64,000 bases of DNA from a bacterium (lineage in GTDB: Bacteria > Hinthialibacterota > Hinthialibacteria > Hinthialibacterales > Hinthialibacteraceae), in the NCBI GenBank assembly GCA_963662285.2, contig CAXXMV010000002.1:1536001-1600000 (forward strand), read 5' to 3'. Below, one piece after another: positions 31,799-42,099 of this stretch (position 1 is the stretch's first letter; every line of letters starts with the position of its first letter). The notes beneath the pieces were generated by a model, which had not been told where the DNA came from, made no database searches, and saw only the letters and a program-made list of their open reading frames with translations. The position numbers and the translations under genes are program-made.

Positions 31799-32719
31799 TT
31801 ATTCTGGCGCCGATATGTCTACATCCCGAACCAAGCGAATACCCAGCCAATGATAACCATTGTTGGGACTGGTGAAATTGCGTCGACCAGACTGACACCA
31901 CTGAGCTTCTCCATTCCAGGGGCCTCCACGGAATATTATGGCGCCATCTTTTGCGGGGCCTTGTGGATCAACTTGAGGCTCGCTGCTATAAGGAGCGAAA
32001 ACATCACTGCACCATTCGTATACATTGGCGTGCATGTCATGCAGTCCCCAGGGATTAGGCAGTTTTTGGCCAATGGGCATAGGGCCTCTCATGGCGGTTT
32101 CGAGGTTTCCGCCCCACCACATGTATTGGTTGGCTAGTTGGCTCCATTCTTTGTTGATGCATTCGGGAGCATTACCGAATGAAAAGCGGGTTGTTGTGCC
32201 TGCGCGACAGGCGTATTCCCATTCGGCTTCGGTAGGTAAGCGGAAAGTTCCCACGTTCAGCTGGTTCATCTGGGATATGAATCTTCTGGTATTATGGAAA
32301 TTGATGCTTACGACAGGATTATTGGGGTCACTCTGAAATGCAGAATGATTGTATCCCATGATTGTTTCAAATTGCACTTGTGAAATTTCGTATTTACCGA
32401 TGTAAAACGGTCTGGTGATGGTTACTTCATGTTGGGGGGTATTATATTTATCGTCTCTGTCTTCAATAATCTCATCTTCAGAAAGCCCCATCATGAATTT
32501 ACCTGCTGGTATCAAAACCATCTCTAAAGCAGTGGCGCTTTTGGGGAGTTGGGCAATTTGAATGGTGATGGTTGGAAAACCATTTGCTGTCGGCTCGCCT
32601 TGGATGATAGTTGCGGTAATATCCTGGGGTGGCGCAGGAATTATTTTGGGTTGATGTACAACAATATTACATCCTGCACAAATCAATAGCGCGATCGAAA
32701 TACAGAAGAAATGTTTCAT
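31799..32719 (-). CDS. Formylglycine-generating enzyme (FGE/SUMF1) domain lipoprotein
   Basis: Lipobox ICAGC; MVLIPAGKFMMG, PQHEVTITRPFYIGKYE, FRLPTEAEWEYACRAG, PNPWGLHDMHANVYEWC, GIRLV. Confidence 0.88.
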   Translation of the reverse strand: MKHFFCISIALLICAGCNIVVHQPKIIPAPPQDITATIIQGEPTANGFPTITIQIAQLPKSATALEMVLIPAGKFMMGLSEDEIIEDRDDKYNTPQHEVTITRPFYIGKYEISQVQFETIMGYNHSAFQSDPNNPVVSINFHNTRRFISQMNQLNVGTFRLPTEAEWEYACRAGTTTRFSFGNAPECINKEWSQLANQYMWWGGNLETAMRGPMPIGQKLPNPWGLHDMHANVYEWCSDVFAPYSSEPQVDPQGPAKDGAIIFRGGPWNGEAQWCQSGRRNFTSPNNGYHWLGIRLVRDVDISAPE

Positions 32720-32723
32720 CGGC

Positions 32724-34931
32724 TCATCCTGTTTCCATTGGAATATTTAATTCCAGGTCTTCGTTGATGAAGAATTGTATTTCATGAATTTGATAATTAG
32801 GAGCGGTGATTGTCATGGTGTGTTCACCCTCCTCTATGCTATCTATATAATAAAAACCACTGCTGTTGCTGGTGGTTTCCTTGTCTCCAATTTTCACTAC
32901 GGCATTGGGAATCAGATTGTAATATACGGCGTCGAAGATAAACCCATACACTGTTGAGGTCGAATAATCCGGCGTGGGACTGGGAGTAGGCGTGGGCGTC
33001 GGCGGCGCGGGCAACAAGCGAATATTCATATTCTGATTCTTGGAGAAGAACCGGGTTAAGGTAAATTCATAATATCCCTCCGCCTGCGCCAGAATCGTAT
33101 ACACATCCGCATTAGGTAAAATGAGTTGATATTCCCCGTTCCATCCGCTGTGGGTAACCTCATCGCCTGCTGAGATTCTGGCGCCCTCAATCGCCTGACC
33201 GCCGATCAAACCCCGCACTTTGCCGGTAATATAGATTTCATCGCCGGTTAGAATTGGCGTGGTTGGTGTGATGGTCGGCGTGTAGGTTGGTACTGGAGTA
33301 TACCCGATTGGAGTAGGCGTCGGGTCGAATCCCTGTAAAAACTGAACTGGTCCCTGCGGTTCGAAGGGACCGTAAAAGATCGGGTGTCCCGTCCTGGTAA
33401 TACAATAAACTTTGAATTCATAGGTTCGATTAAACACTGGACCGTTATGGAAACGGGGCGCCAGCCGGGGCGTTGCATCTCTCCATTCCAGATACTCTTT
33501 GGCGCCGTCAGCCGTCCGGCCTAAATAGGTATACTGCCCGGACTGATTCTCTCGAACGTATACATGAACGTCGGAGATATCATTTGGATTAATTCCGGCT
33601 TGAGCGTAGTTCCATCGGATAACCAGGGCGCGGTCATTCATGCCGTCGTAGTCCATCCCGTTGCTAAGGTCGCTCATGGTGGATAGGTCGTCGGTTATGA
33701 TTACAGTCGATCCAGTTGGATAGGTCGGCGTAATGGTTGGCGTAGCGTTAGCACCGAGAGTGGGCGTACTGGTTGGAATCGGAGTTGGATCGTCGCCATG
33801 AAGAAATTCCACCGGACCGGAATTATTGTATGGTCCATAGAAAAACGGAAAACCGGATAGGGTTAAGAAAAACACTTTGAACTGGTATTCCTGATTGAAT
33901 GAAGGACCGCTCTTGTAGGGATTGGCAATCCGGGGTGCGTCTTTCCTCCATTCGAAATATGTCGCTGAACCGCTCGCGGTCCGTCCCAGGTAATCATAAT
34001 TCTGATTGTCACGTTTCACCCAGACATGAATATCTAAAATCTCGTTGGGATCAACGGGAGCGTTTGCGAAATCCCAGCGGACGACCAAACACCGGTCGGT
34101 CGCGTCATCATAATCCCGCCCGTTGCTTAGATCGCTCATAGTGGTTAGATCGTCGGTTACGATAACCGTCTCGCCTGCGGCAAAGGTTGGCGTAGGCGTT
34201 GGAAGAACTGTGGTGGGAGACGGCGTATTGGTTGGCGTGGGCGTTTCTATTTCCGTGGGAGACGGCGTCACGTCGGGCAGTTCGCTGGGCGTGGGAGTTG
34301 GCGATAGCGTCGGGGTGGGCGATTCTTCCGGAGTGGGCGTTGGAGTAATTCCACTATGGGTAATGCGAACCGATCCGTTCTGCAAGGTCAGGGTGATATG
34401 CCCGTCATTGAGTTGGGTGACTTTTGTACCGGTGGTTTTGAAGGTTAGTGGAACCACTTGATCGGGCGCATCGTCTTTAACGCGCAACTTTAATTTCACC
34501 AGCGTTCCGCTGCCCTCAACCGCTATATATCCAGCGCCATTGATCAGGACTGCTTCCGATAAACGGTTGCCCTGGGTTTTTGAGGCATCGTTTTCATAAG
34601 TAGACCACCCCTTGCACAAGGTTCCGTTCACGGATGAACTGCCGGAGACGAATTCCAGCGGGTATTCCGGCGTGGTGTTGGGTAGATCGATGACAATGCT
34701 GAAACCCAATAATCCTTCTACATTTTCAACGCCTACCTGAACCCAAAATTCCTGGCCGGGGTGCGCGGTTTCTTCGCCGGGCAATGATAGCGTTGTTTGT
34801 CCATGCGCGTTAACGGGTGTTATCGCAAATGCGAGAAGGAGTATGATGGAAAGGAGAATCCATTGATTATTCAGGTTTCTACCTTTATTAAAATGCATGC
34901 TCATGTCAACTACCCTTTCATACAGTTTCAC
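32724..34931 (-). CDS. Secreted modular protein: cohesin, PT linkers, two copies of an unnamed ~125-aa domain, two carboxypeptidase-regulatory-like Ig domains
   Basis: LSLPGEETAHPGQEFWVQVGVENVEGLLGFSIVI..GSGTLVKLKLRVKDDA..LNDG (cohesin-like); TVIVTDDLTTMSDLSNGRDYD x2; ITGKVRG..IEGARISAG..GEY. Real start probably near 34898. Confidence 0.72.
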   Translation of the reverse strand: MKLYERVVDMSMHFNKGRNLNNQWILLSIILLLAFAITPVNAHGQTTLSLPGEETAHPGQEFWVQVGVENVEGLLGFSIVIDLPNTTPEYPLEFVSGSSSVNGTLCKGWSTYENDASKTQGNRLSEAVLINGAGYIAVEGSGTLVKLKLRVKDDAPDQVVPLTFKTTGTKVTQLNDGHITLTLQNGSVRITHSGITPTPTPEESPTPTLSPTPTPSELPDVTPSPTEIETPTPTNTPSPTTVLPTPTPTFAAGETVIVTDDLTTMSDLSNGRDYDDATDRCLVVRWDFANAPVDPNEILDIHVWVKRDNQNYDYLGRTASGSATYFEWRKDAPRIANPYKSGPSFNQEYQFKVFFLTLSGFPFFYGPYNNSGPVEFLHGDDPTPIPTSTPTLGANATPTITPTYPTGSTVIITDDLSTMSDLSNGMDYDGMNDRALVIRWNYAQAGINPNDISDVHVYVRENQSGQYTYLGRTADGAKEYLEWRDATPRLAPRFHNGPVFNRTYEFKVYCITRTGHPIFYGPFEPQGPVQFLQGFDPTPTPIGYTPVPTYTPTITPTTPILTGDEIYITGKVRGLIGGQAIEGARISAGDEVTHSGWNGEYQLILPNADVYTILAQAEGYYEFTLTRFFSKNQNMNIRLLPAPPTPTPTPSPTPDYSTSTVYGFIFDAVYYNLIPNAVVKIGDKETTSNSSGFYYIDSIEEGEHTMTITAPNYQIHEIQFFINEDLELNIPMETG

Positions 34932-34970
34932 TTGTTACTGATATAACACATATTTACAAGGATTGAAAGA

Positions 34971-35013
34971 AGCGGGAGTTTCATTGTTCAATATTTGTCA
35001 AGAAACTCCCGCT
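34971..35013 (-). promoter_or_regulatory. Conserved array stem-loop 1
   Basis: AGCGGGAGTTTC...GAAACTCCCGCT just 3' of gene 35032-38064. Confidence 0.65.
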
Positions 35014-35031
35014 CGTTATTTAATTTCAATA

Positions 35032-38000
35032 CTATTCAGGGTAATTCAGGTTGATTCTGATTTGCCCGTCATTTACCAGCGTCTGTTGTTCGTCGACTTG
35101 AATTAGTAGCGGTTCTGTCAGGGCGCCTGATAAGTCGAACTTCACCGACATCAGGTTGCTTTGGCCTTGTTGCAATGGCGTTCCCAAGGCGCCTGACAGG
35201 ATTAGGCGGCCTGGTTCGGAGTCGTTGACGGCCAGCAACCCTGATGGAACCAGCCATCCGCTTGCCGCCCCGTTGAATTGCAGCTGTTCTGGATTGTACG
35301 ACAGGTCTATGCGTAAACCTTGTACATCATCCGCATTATCGATTTGGAAGGTTACAATCCATGAACTATCCTGCTGCTCGAAGAGCACATTCATGTTTCG
35401 GGCGGTTTGGCGTTTTGATACTTTGCCAGCTGGCAACGGCTCATCCGGCCCCCATTGATCGTGATCTGTATCAGCAGGGAACCAATCAATCAGCAACGCG
35501 TATTTTTGCAGAACCAGCGAGGCGTCCAGCGTTCCCGCTACATCATCGTCGTTCACATCAGCTGCTATCGGGAAATTGAGCCAAGGCTGCATAGGATCAG
35601 GATAGTATTCAGGATAATCGAGCACCGGATAGCCAGGGAAACTGTCTATCAATTCAGCGTTGAATTGCAGCAATAGCGATGCATCGACTGAGCCTGCCTG
35701 AGCGTTGTCGTTGAGGTCGCCCCACATGAAGGGGATGTAAATCTTTATCACAAACTGTTGAGCAGGCGAGTGGTTGATTCCACCGTTGGCGATGCCGCCG
35801 CTGTCGAATAGAGTTGCGGTTGCATCAAACACGCCGTGTGTATTCACATTTGGCGTGAAGCGCAAGGTTCCACCTGCATCGATGGTTGGCGATGCCGAGA
35901 ACAATTCGGGGTTGCTGGTTTCAACGTCGAACCAAACTATCTGAGATGATTCGTTCGCCGGACCAGTGCTGATCGCAGTCGCCCATGCGGGAAATGTATG
36001 CTGCCCGCCAGTGGCGTTGAGAACCACCGCAGTAGCGCCCGCGATGAAGGATGGAGCGTCGTTGACCGGATCGGCGGTAATGCTGAAAATGTAAGGCGTC
36101 GAACTATCGATGCCGCCGTTGGCGGTTCCACCTGAGTCATGCAGAACGGCGGTGGCGTTGCAAATACCGTACTCGTCGCTAGCCAATGTATAACGTAACG
36201 CTCCGGACGCATCGATGGTTGGTTGAACAAAGAACAGCGATGCATTATCAATATCCAACGTGAAATTCAAATCCTGCCAAGATTCATAGGCTATGCCTGG
36301 GCTGATGTCAGTAGCCCAGCCAATGATTTCATGGGCGCCGGAATCTTCCAGCACAACTTCGTTGGCGCCGCCCGTGAAGGTCGGGATATGGTTTGGACCG
36401 AGAACTGTGGCGCTCCAGATTTCTGTACTGTAAGCGATAGCGTCTTCGTTCAAACTTGTTAGCGGAGTGAAACTAACAGATATAGGCGTAAAGTCGGCTA
36501 ACGTCTCGTTGACATGCAGTTGGAATTTCATCAACGACCCTGCACCGCTCGCTAAAGCATCCGTAGCGCTGGCGCAGGTGAAGATGGCTATTTCGGGGCT
36601 GGAACTGTTTACAACCAAAGGCCCCCAACCGTTTTCTGTGGAGGTTCCAACCTTGGTCGCTGAACCTGGAACGTAAGTTACTTTGCTTGGGTCGAGGTCT
36701 AGGGCTATGCGGTAGCCGACGACGCCTGATGCGTCGGAGATGTTGATGGCTATTTCTACGTCTTGATTTCGGTTGACGTTGATTTCGCTCGGTTCGAGGG
36801 AGAGGATGGGAACAGATGCAGGTTCAGCAAAAAACATCCGCCCATACGCACCACTACCAGAACCATCTTGAGGATAACTCGTATAGGCAAAGGCTATATT
36901 TCCATTATCATTCATATCAATATCATAAGGTGCATGCGTATCATAATTTGTATATGCATTTACATAAAATTCGTCTCCTATAGGATTTCCAATTGGATCG
37001 AAACGTTGAGCATACATACCCCTTGCATATCCATCTTGATCAGTACTCTGCCAACCAATAATGAAATTACCATAATTATCTATAGCAATGCAGGGAGTTG
37101 ATTGATCATTTGTTGTATAGGTATTGACCAGAATTTCTGATCCAAGAGTATTACCATTTGAATCAAATCGTTGAGCCTTCACATCATAATCGGATAAAGA
37201 ATTATCTTGCCAAGTAATCACATAACTCCCACTATCATTCATTGCAATACGTGGACCACTTTGATGTCCAGTGGTTGTAGAATTGATTAGAGTTTCGGAA
37301 CCAACCTCATTACCATTTGAATCATATCGTTGAGAATATACACCATAACCTGATCCATCTTGCCCATCACTCTGCCAAACGGTAATAAAATTACCCGAGG
37401 AATTCATCGCGATGCCTGAGGACATTTGATAACCCGTAGTGTATGTGTTGACTTGAAATTCAGTGCCAACTTTGTTTCCATTACTGTCAAACCGTTGCGC
37501 ATACACACCACGGTCTGATCCATCTTGCCCGTTGCTATCCCATATAATAATGAAATCACCCGAAGAATTCATGGCGATATCTCTGGGAAATTGATTATCC
37601 GAAATGTATGTGTTGACTTGAAATTCAGCACCTATTTTGTTTCCATTACTGTCAAACCGTTGTGCGTATACTCCCTCCCCTGAACCATCTTGTCCATCAC
37701 TTACCCAAGTAATAACAAAATCACCAGTAGTTTTATTGATTGCAATTTGAGCACTCCTTTGATAACTGCTAGAGTAAGTATTTACTTTTATTTCACCCGT
37801 TAATGGTGTTGCATCGCTATCAAAAATTCTTGTATAGACACTATCCTGTGAACCATCTTGCCAATCACTTTGCCATGTATAAACAACTCGCCCATTGTTA
37901 TCCATCGCACAAGACGGATAACCTTGATGACTTGAAATATACGTATTTAGCTGAAATTCGTTTCCGACTGTTATCAGTTCAGAAGCACACACATTCATTG

Positions 38001-38064
38001 AACTAACAACAATTCCAATAACTGCCACAATATTCATGTACTTTGATAGAATTAGCCGTTTCAT
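35032..38064 (-). CDS. Array member 6: 7x EFQVNTY-repeat propeller plus cohesin-cadherin2-dockerin-cohesin stalk
   Basis: Signal peptide from MKRLILSK (RBS AAGGAGG); seven EF(Q/Y)VNTY..W.S.GQDGS..GVYAQRFD-type repeats; shared stalk ~35032-36810. Confidence 0.85.
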   Translation of the reverse strand: MKRLILSKYMNIVAVIGIVVSSMNVCASELITVGNEFQLNTYISSHQGYPSCAMDNNGRVVYTWQSDWQDGSQDSVYTRIFDSDATPLTGEIKVNTYSSSYQRSAQIAINKTTGDFVITWVSDGQDGSGEGVYAQRFDSNGNKIGAEFQVNTYISDNQFPRDIAMNSSGDFIIIWDSNGQDGSDRGVYAQRFDSNGNKVGTEFQVNTYTTGYQMSSGIAMNSSGNFITVWQSDGQDGSGYGVYSQRYDSNGNEVGSETLINSTTTGHQSGPRIAMNDSGSYVITWQDNSLSDYDVKAQRFDSNGNTLGSEILVNTYTTNDQSTPCIAIDNYGNFIIGWQSTDQDGYARGMYAQRFDPIGNPIGDEFYVNAYTNYDTHAPYDIDMNDNGNIAFAYTSYPQDGSGSGAYGRMFFAEPASVPILSLEPSEINVNRNQDVEIAINISDASGVVGYRIALDLDPSKVTYVPGSATKVGTSTENGWGPLVVNSSSPEIAIFTCASATDALASGAGSLMKFQLHVNETLADFTPISVSFTPLTSLNEDAIAYSTEIWSATVLGPNHIPTFTGGANEVVLEDSGAHEIIGWATDISPGIAYESWQDLNFTLDIDNASLFFVQPTIDASGALRYTLASDEYGICNATAVLHDSGGTANGGIDSSTPYIFSITADPVNDAPSFIAGATAVVLNATGGQHTFPAWATAISTGPANESSQIVWFDVETSNPELFSASPTIDAGGTLRFTPNVNTHGVFDATATLFDSGGIANGGINHSPAQQFVIKIYIPFMWGDLNDNAQAGSVDASLLLQFNAELIDSFPGYPVLDYPEYYPDPMQPWLNFPIAADVNDDDVAGTLDASLVLQKYALLIDWFPADTDHDQWGPDEPLPAGKVSKRQTARNMNVLFEQQDSSWIVTFQIDNADDVQGLRIDLSYNPEQLQFNGAASGWLVPSGLLAVNDSEPGRLILSGALGTPLQQGQSNLMSVKFDLSGALTEPLLIQVDEQQTLVNDGQIRINLNYPE

Positions 38065-38208
38065 AACATCTCCTCCTTTTGTTTTTTGGATAATCAAAAT
38101 TATCCTATTATCACTATGGTTTATATGCGGATAAAACATATGTTTTTTTGATCATTATCAATTTTTGACTTATGAAACTTGATCTTCTCTTCCTTGGATA
38201 AGAAATTA

Positions 38209-38243
38209 AGCAGGAGATTTCATGCGAATAGAAACCTCCCACT
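38209..38243 (-). promoter_or_regulatory. Conserved array stem-loop 2
   Basis: AGCAGGAGATTTC...GAAACCTCCCACT; mismatches become G-U pairs on the minus strand. Confidence 0.6.
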
Positions 38244-38265
38244 CGTTATTCAATTGATTTCAATA

Positions 38266-41200
38266 CTATTCAGGGTAATTCAGGTTGATTCTGATTTGCC
38301 CGTCATTTACCAACGTCTGTTCTTCATCGACTTGAATTAGTAGCGGTTCTGTCTGGGCGCCTGCTAAGTCGAACTTCACTGACATCAGGTTGCTTTGGCC
38401 TTGTTGCAATGGCGTTCCCAAGGCGCCTGAAAGAATCAAGCGGCCTGGCTCTGAATCGTTGACGGCTAGCAACCCTGATGGAACCAGCCATCCGCTTGCC
38501 GCCCCGTTGAATTGCAGCTGTTCTGGATTGTACGACAGGTCTATGCGTAAACCTTGTACATCATCCGCATTATCGATTTGGAAGGTTACAATCCATGAAC
38601 TATCCTGCTGCTCGAAGAGCACATTCATGTTTCGGGCGGTTTGGCGTTTTGATACTTTGCCCGCAGGCAGCGGCTCATCCGGCCCCCATTGATCACAATT
38701 CAAATCGGCGGGGAAGCAATCAATCAGCAACGCGTATTTTTGCAGAACCAGCGATGCGTCCAGCGTTCCCGCCACATCATCGTCGTTCACATCGGCTGCT
38801 ATCGGGAAATTAAGCCAAGGCTGCATAGGATCGGGATAGTACTCTGGATAATCGAGCACCGGATAGCCAGGGAAACTGTCTATCAATTCAGCGTTGAATT
38901 GCAGCAGCAGCGATGCATCGACCGAGCCGGCTTGAGCGTTATCATTGAGGTCGCCCCACATGAAGGGGATGTATATCTTTATCACAAACTGTTGAGCAGG
39001 CGAGTGGTTGATTCCACCGTTGGCGATGCCGCCGCTGTCGAATAGAGTTGCGGTTGCATCAAACACGCCGTGAGTATTCAGGTTTGGCGTAAAGCGCAAG
39101 GTTCCACCTGCATCGATGGTTGGCGATGCCGAGAACAATTCGGGGTTGCTGGTTTCGACGTAGAAGAACCAAACGCTCTGATCGGATTCGTTGGCCGGTC
39201 CAACGCTGATGGATGTCGCCCATCCTGGGAATGTATGCTGCCCGCCAGTTGCGTTGAGAACCACCGCAGTGGCGCCCGCGATGAAGGATGGAGCGTCGTT
39301 GACCGGATCGGCGGTAATGCTGAAAATGTAAGGCGTCGAACTATCGATGCCGCCGTTGGCGGTTCCACCTGAGTCATGCAGAACGGCGGTGGCGTTGCAA
39401 ATACCGTACTCGTCGCTAGCCAATGTATAACGTAACGCTCCGGACGCATCGATGGTTGGTTGAACAAAGAACAGCGATGCATTATCAATATCCAACGTGA
39501 AATTCAAATCCTGCCAAGATTCATAGGCTATACCTGGGCTGATGTCAGTAGCCCAGCCAATGATTTCATGGGCGCCGGAATCTTCCAAAACAACTTGGTT
39601 CGCTCCACCTATAAAATACGGCTGATGGTTTGGACCAAGCACGGTGGCGCTCCAGATTTCTGTACTGAAAGCGATGGCATCTTCGTTCAAACTTGTTAGC
39701 GGAGTGAAGCTGACAGATATAGGCGTGAAGTCGGCTAACGTCTCGTTGACATGCAGTTGGAATTTCATCAACGACCCTGCACCGCTCGCTAAAGCATCCG
39801 TAGCGCTGGCGCAGGTGAAGATGGCTATTTCGGGGCTGGAACTGTTTACAACCAAAGGCCCCCAACCGTTTTCTGTGGAGGTTCCAACCTTGGTCGCTGA
39901 ACCTGGAACGTAAGTTACTTTGCTTGGGTCGAGGTCTAGGGCTATGCGGTAGCCGACAATGTCTGAAGCATCGGAGATGTTGACGGTGATTTCTACTCCT
40001 TGATTTCGGTGGACGTTGAGGTCTGTGGGGTTGAAGTCGATTGTTGGTAGTGGCTTATTATCGATTATGAAATTCCCAATCGATTCTGGCCCATCACCTA
40101 CCCAAAAAGAATTGATGACACTATTAGTTTCAGTATCAATTACTGAAACTGAATCATCATTGTTATTAGTCACATAAATACGGGATCCATTGTTGTTTAT
40201 CGATATCCCATGCGGAGCATCTCCAACAGGAATAGTTGTAATAACCATATTCGATAGAGTGTTTATAACCAAAACATTATCATCATCTCGATTTATAACA
40301 TATAATAAATTCTTTGTAGGATGCGCCACAAGACTAATTGGTGTATTACAAACGCTGATTGTATGCAAAGTGCTATAATTCATTGTATCGACAACTGCCA
40401 CAATACCTGCACTGTCACTAGCTATATAGAGACGCGAATCGTCAGCGGATGTTTCAAACGCCAATAATGAAAATGGTACAGTGAATGATGTTTTAATACT
40501 GTTGGTTATTGCATTGATTACATAAACTCGATTCGTATTTCTATCTCCAACATAAACATTCTCTCCTGCATAATCTGTACAGACGCCAATAGGGTATGAT
40601 CCAGCAGAGATTGTTGTTATTACTGAATTGTTACTTGTATCGACGACTAATACATAAGAAGGACTTTGAGTAACAATATAAAGCTGATTTCCGTTGGGGT
40701 TGACAGCCAAATGCAAGGGGATTCCAGATATAGAAATAGTATCAATAACAGTATTTGTTATGGTATCTATAACTGAAACATCACCACTATTTGCGTTAGA
40801 CACATAAACACGATTCATTTTGGGATTTGCAGCAACACACCTTGGAAATGTTCCGACTGGAATTGTTTGAATAACAGAATTGTCATCAAAATCAACGAGA
40901 GATACCTCATTTGAATTTGTCAATGGAATGTATCCAAGAATCTGTGGAATGATCGTTTCCTGAACAACAAATTCATATGCGCCAATATCGTATGCCGATC
41001 CTTGAGGACGCGACACTCCTCTCTGATCAACTGCAAGACCTGTTGGGGCATAATCAATAGCAGGACTTCCTGTCAATAGTGCATGAGTTTGAGTTGGTCC
41101 GCCATTATCTGCTAAAGAATCAAATAAAGGATCAATTCCTACCATGTTTCCATTAACACCATCAGGCACTCCTCCTGTGCCAACAATATTATACTGAGAA

Positions 41201-42027
41201 GTTGTAATAGAACCTTGGATATCCTTATTTGAATTTGTTGCTGAATTACCATAAACAATACTATTTATTAAACTATTGCCTGAACTACCCCATAATAGAA
41301 TTCCACCACCACCATACGCAGTTGCGGAATTTCCAGTGATAGTACAATTTGAAATAGAGACATTAGTGTTCCCGTCCACTCCACCCCCTTTTTCTGCTGA
41401 GTTTCCTGTAATAGTACAATTCGATAAATTGATAGATGAAGCAGAATACTGATCACCGAATACTCCACCACCATCTTTTGCTGTATTTCCAGAAATCAAG
41501 CAATTAAAGGCATTCAAGGTCCCGGAAACATATATCCCTCCACCCCAATCATTGGTCGTCCTACAATTAAGTATGGCGCAATTTTCTAATGTAAGTACGG
41601 AATTAACATAAATGCCAATACCCCCACCTTTTCCATAACCTCCATTACCATTTTGCATTGTCAAATTACGTATCGTAACAGTTGAATTTTGCGTTATTGT
41701 AAAAATACTGACGCTATCATTTCCGTCCAATGCTAAGGTATCTGCTCCAAGACCATCAATAGTTATTGCTTTGCCACTTATATACAATTGCGAATTCAAA
41801 TATATAATCTGACTGGATAATGAAGAATCAAAAACAATTGTATCACCACTAACTGAATCTGTGATTGCCTGCCTTAGTGATCCAGCACCACTGTCATTCG
41901 TATTAGTAACTGTTAGCGAGTACGAATTTTGCGTTAACAATACTACGCAACACATCACAGATAACAAAACAAATAATACCTTTTTTAATGCTAATCTTCC
42001 ATGTTCTGATACGTTATCTTTGTTCAT
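38266..42027 (-). CDS. Array member 5: beta-helix/choice-of-anchor-Q plus YVTN (YncE-like) propeller plus shared stalk
   Basis: VTNTNDSGAGSLRQAI, GGGI repeats, LADNGGPTQTHALLTGSPAID..DQRG..DIGAYE; YVTNNNDDSVSVIDT-type repeats; stalk ~38266-40045. Confidence 0.87.
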   Translation of the reverse strand: MNKDNVSEHGRLALKKVLFVLLSVMCCVVLLTQNSYSLTVTNTNDSGAGSLRQAITDSVSGDTIVFDSSLSSQIIYLNSQLYISGKAITIDGLGADTLALDGNDSVSIFTITQNSTVTIRNLTMQNGNGGYGKGGGIGIYVNSVLTLENCAILNCRTTNDWGGGIYVSGTLNAFNCLISGNTAKDGGGVFGDQYSASSINLSNCTITGNSAEKGGGVDGNTNVSISNCTITGNSATAYGGGGILLWGSSGNSLINSIVYGNSATNSNKDIQGSITTSQYNIVGTGGVPDGVNGNMVGIDPLFDSLADNGGPTQTHALLTGSPAIDYAPTGLAVDQRGVSRPQGSAYDIGAYEFVVQETIIPQILGYIPLTNSNEVSLVDFDDNSVIQTIPVGTFPRCVAANPKMNRVYVSNANSGDVSVIDTITNTVIDTISISGIPLHLAVNPNGNQLYIVTQSPSYVLVVDTSNNSVITTISAGSYPIGVCTDYAGENVYVGDRNTNRVYVINAITNSIKTSFTVPFSLLAFETSADDSRLYIASDSAGIVAVVDTMNYSTLHTISVCNTPISLVAHPTKNLLYVINRDDDNVLVINTLSNMVITTIPVGDAPHGISINNNGSRIYVTNNNDDSVSVIDTETNSVINSFWVGDGPESIGNFIIDNKPLPTIDFNPTDLNVHRNQGVEITVNISDASDIVGYRIALDLDPSKVTYVPGSATKVGTSTENGWGPLVVNSSSPEIAIFTCASATDALASGAGSLMKFQLHVNETLADFTPISVSFTPLTSLNEDAIAFSTEIWSATVLGPNHQPYFIGGANQVVLEDSGAHEIIGWATDISPGIAYESWQDLNFTLDIDNASLFFVQPTIDASGALRYTLASDEYGICNATAVLHDSGGTANGGIDSSTPYIFSITADPVNDAPSFIAGATAVVLNATGGQHTFPGWATSISVGPANESDQSVWFFYVETSNPELFSASPTIDAGGTLRFTPNLNTHGVFDATATLFDSGGIANGGINHSPAQQFVIKIYIPFMWGDLNDNAQAGSVDASLLLQFNAELIDSFPGYPVLDYPEYYPDPMQPWLNFPIAADVNDDDVAGTLDASLVLQKYALLIDCFPADLNCDQWGPDEPLPAGKVSKRQTARNMNVLFEQQDSSWIVTFQIDNADDVQGLRIDLSYNPEQLQFNGAASGWLVPSGLLAVNDSEPGRLILSGALGTPLQQGQSNLMSVKFDLAGAQTEPLLIQVDEEQTLVNDGQIRINLNYPE

Positions 42028-42053
42028 TTTGGCCTCCTATAACTATTATATTT

Positions 42054-42087
42054 AGCAGGAACTTCAATATAAAAAGAAGTTCCTGCT
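42054..42087 (-). promoter_or_regulatory. Conserved array stem-loop 3
   Basis: AGCAGGAACTTC...GAAGTTCCTGCT. Confidence 0.65.
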
Positions 42088-42099
42088 TGATACTTAATA

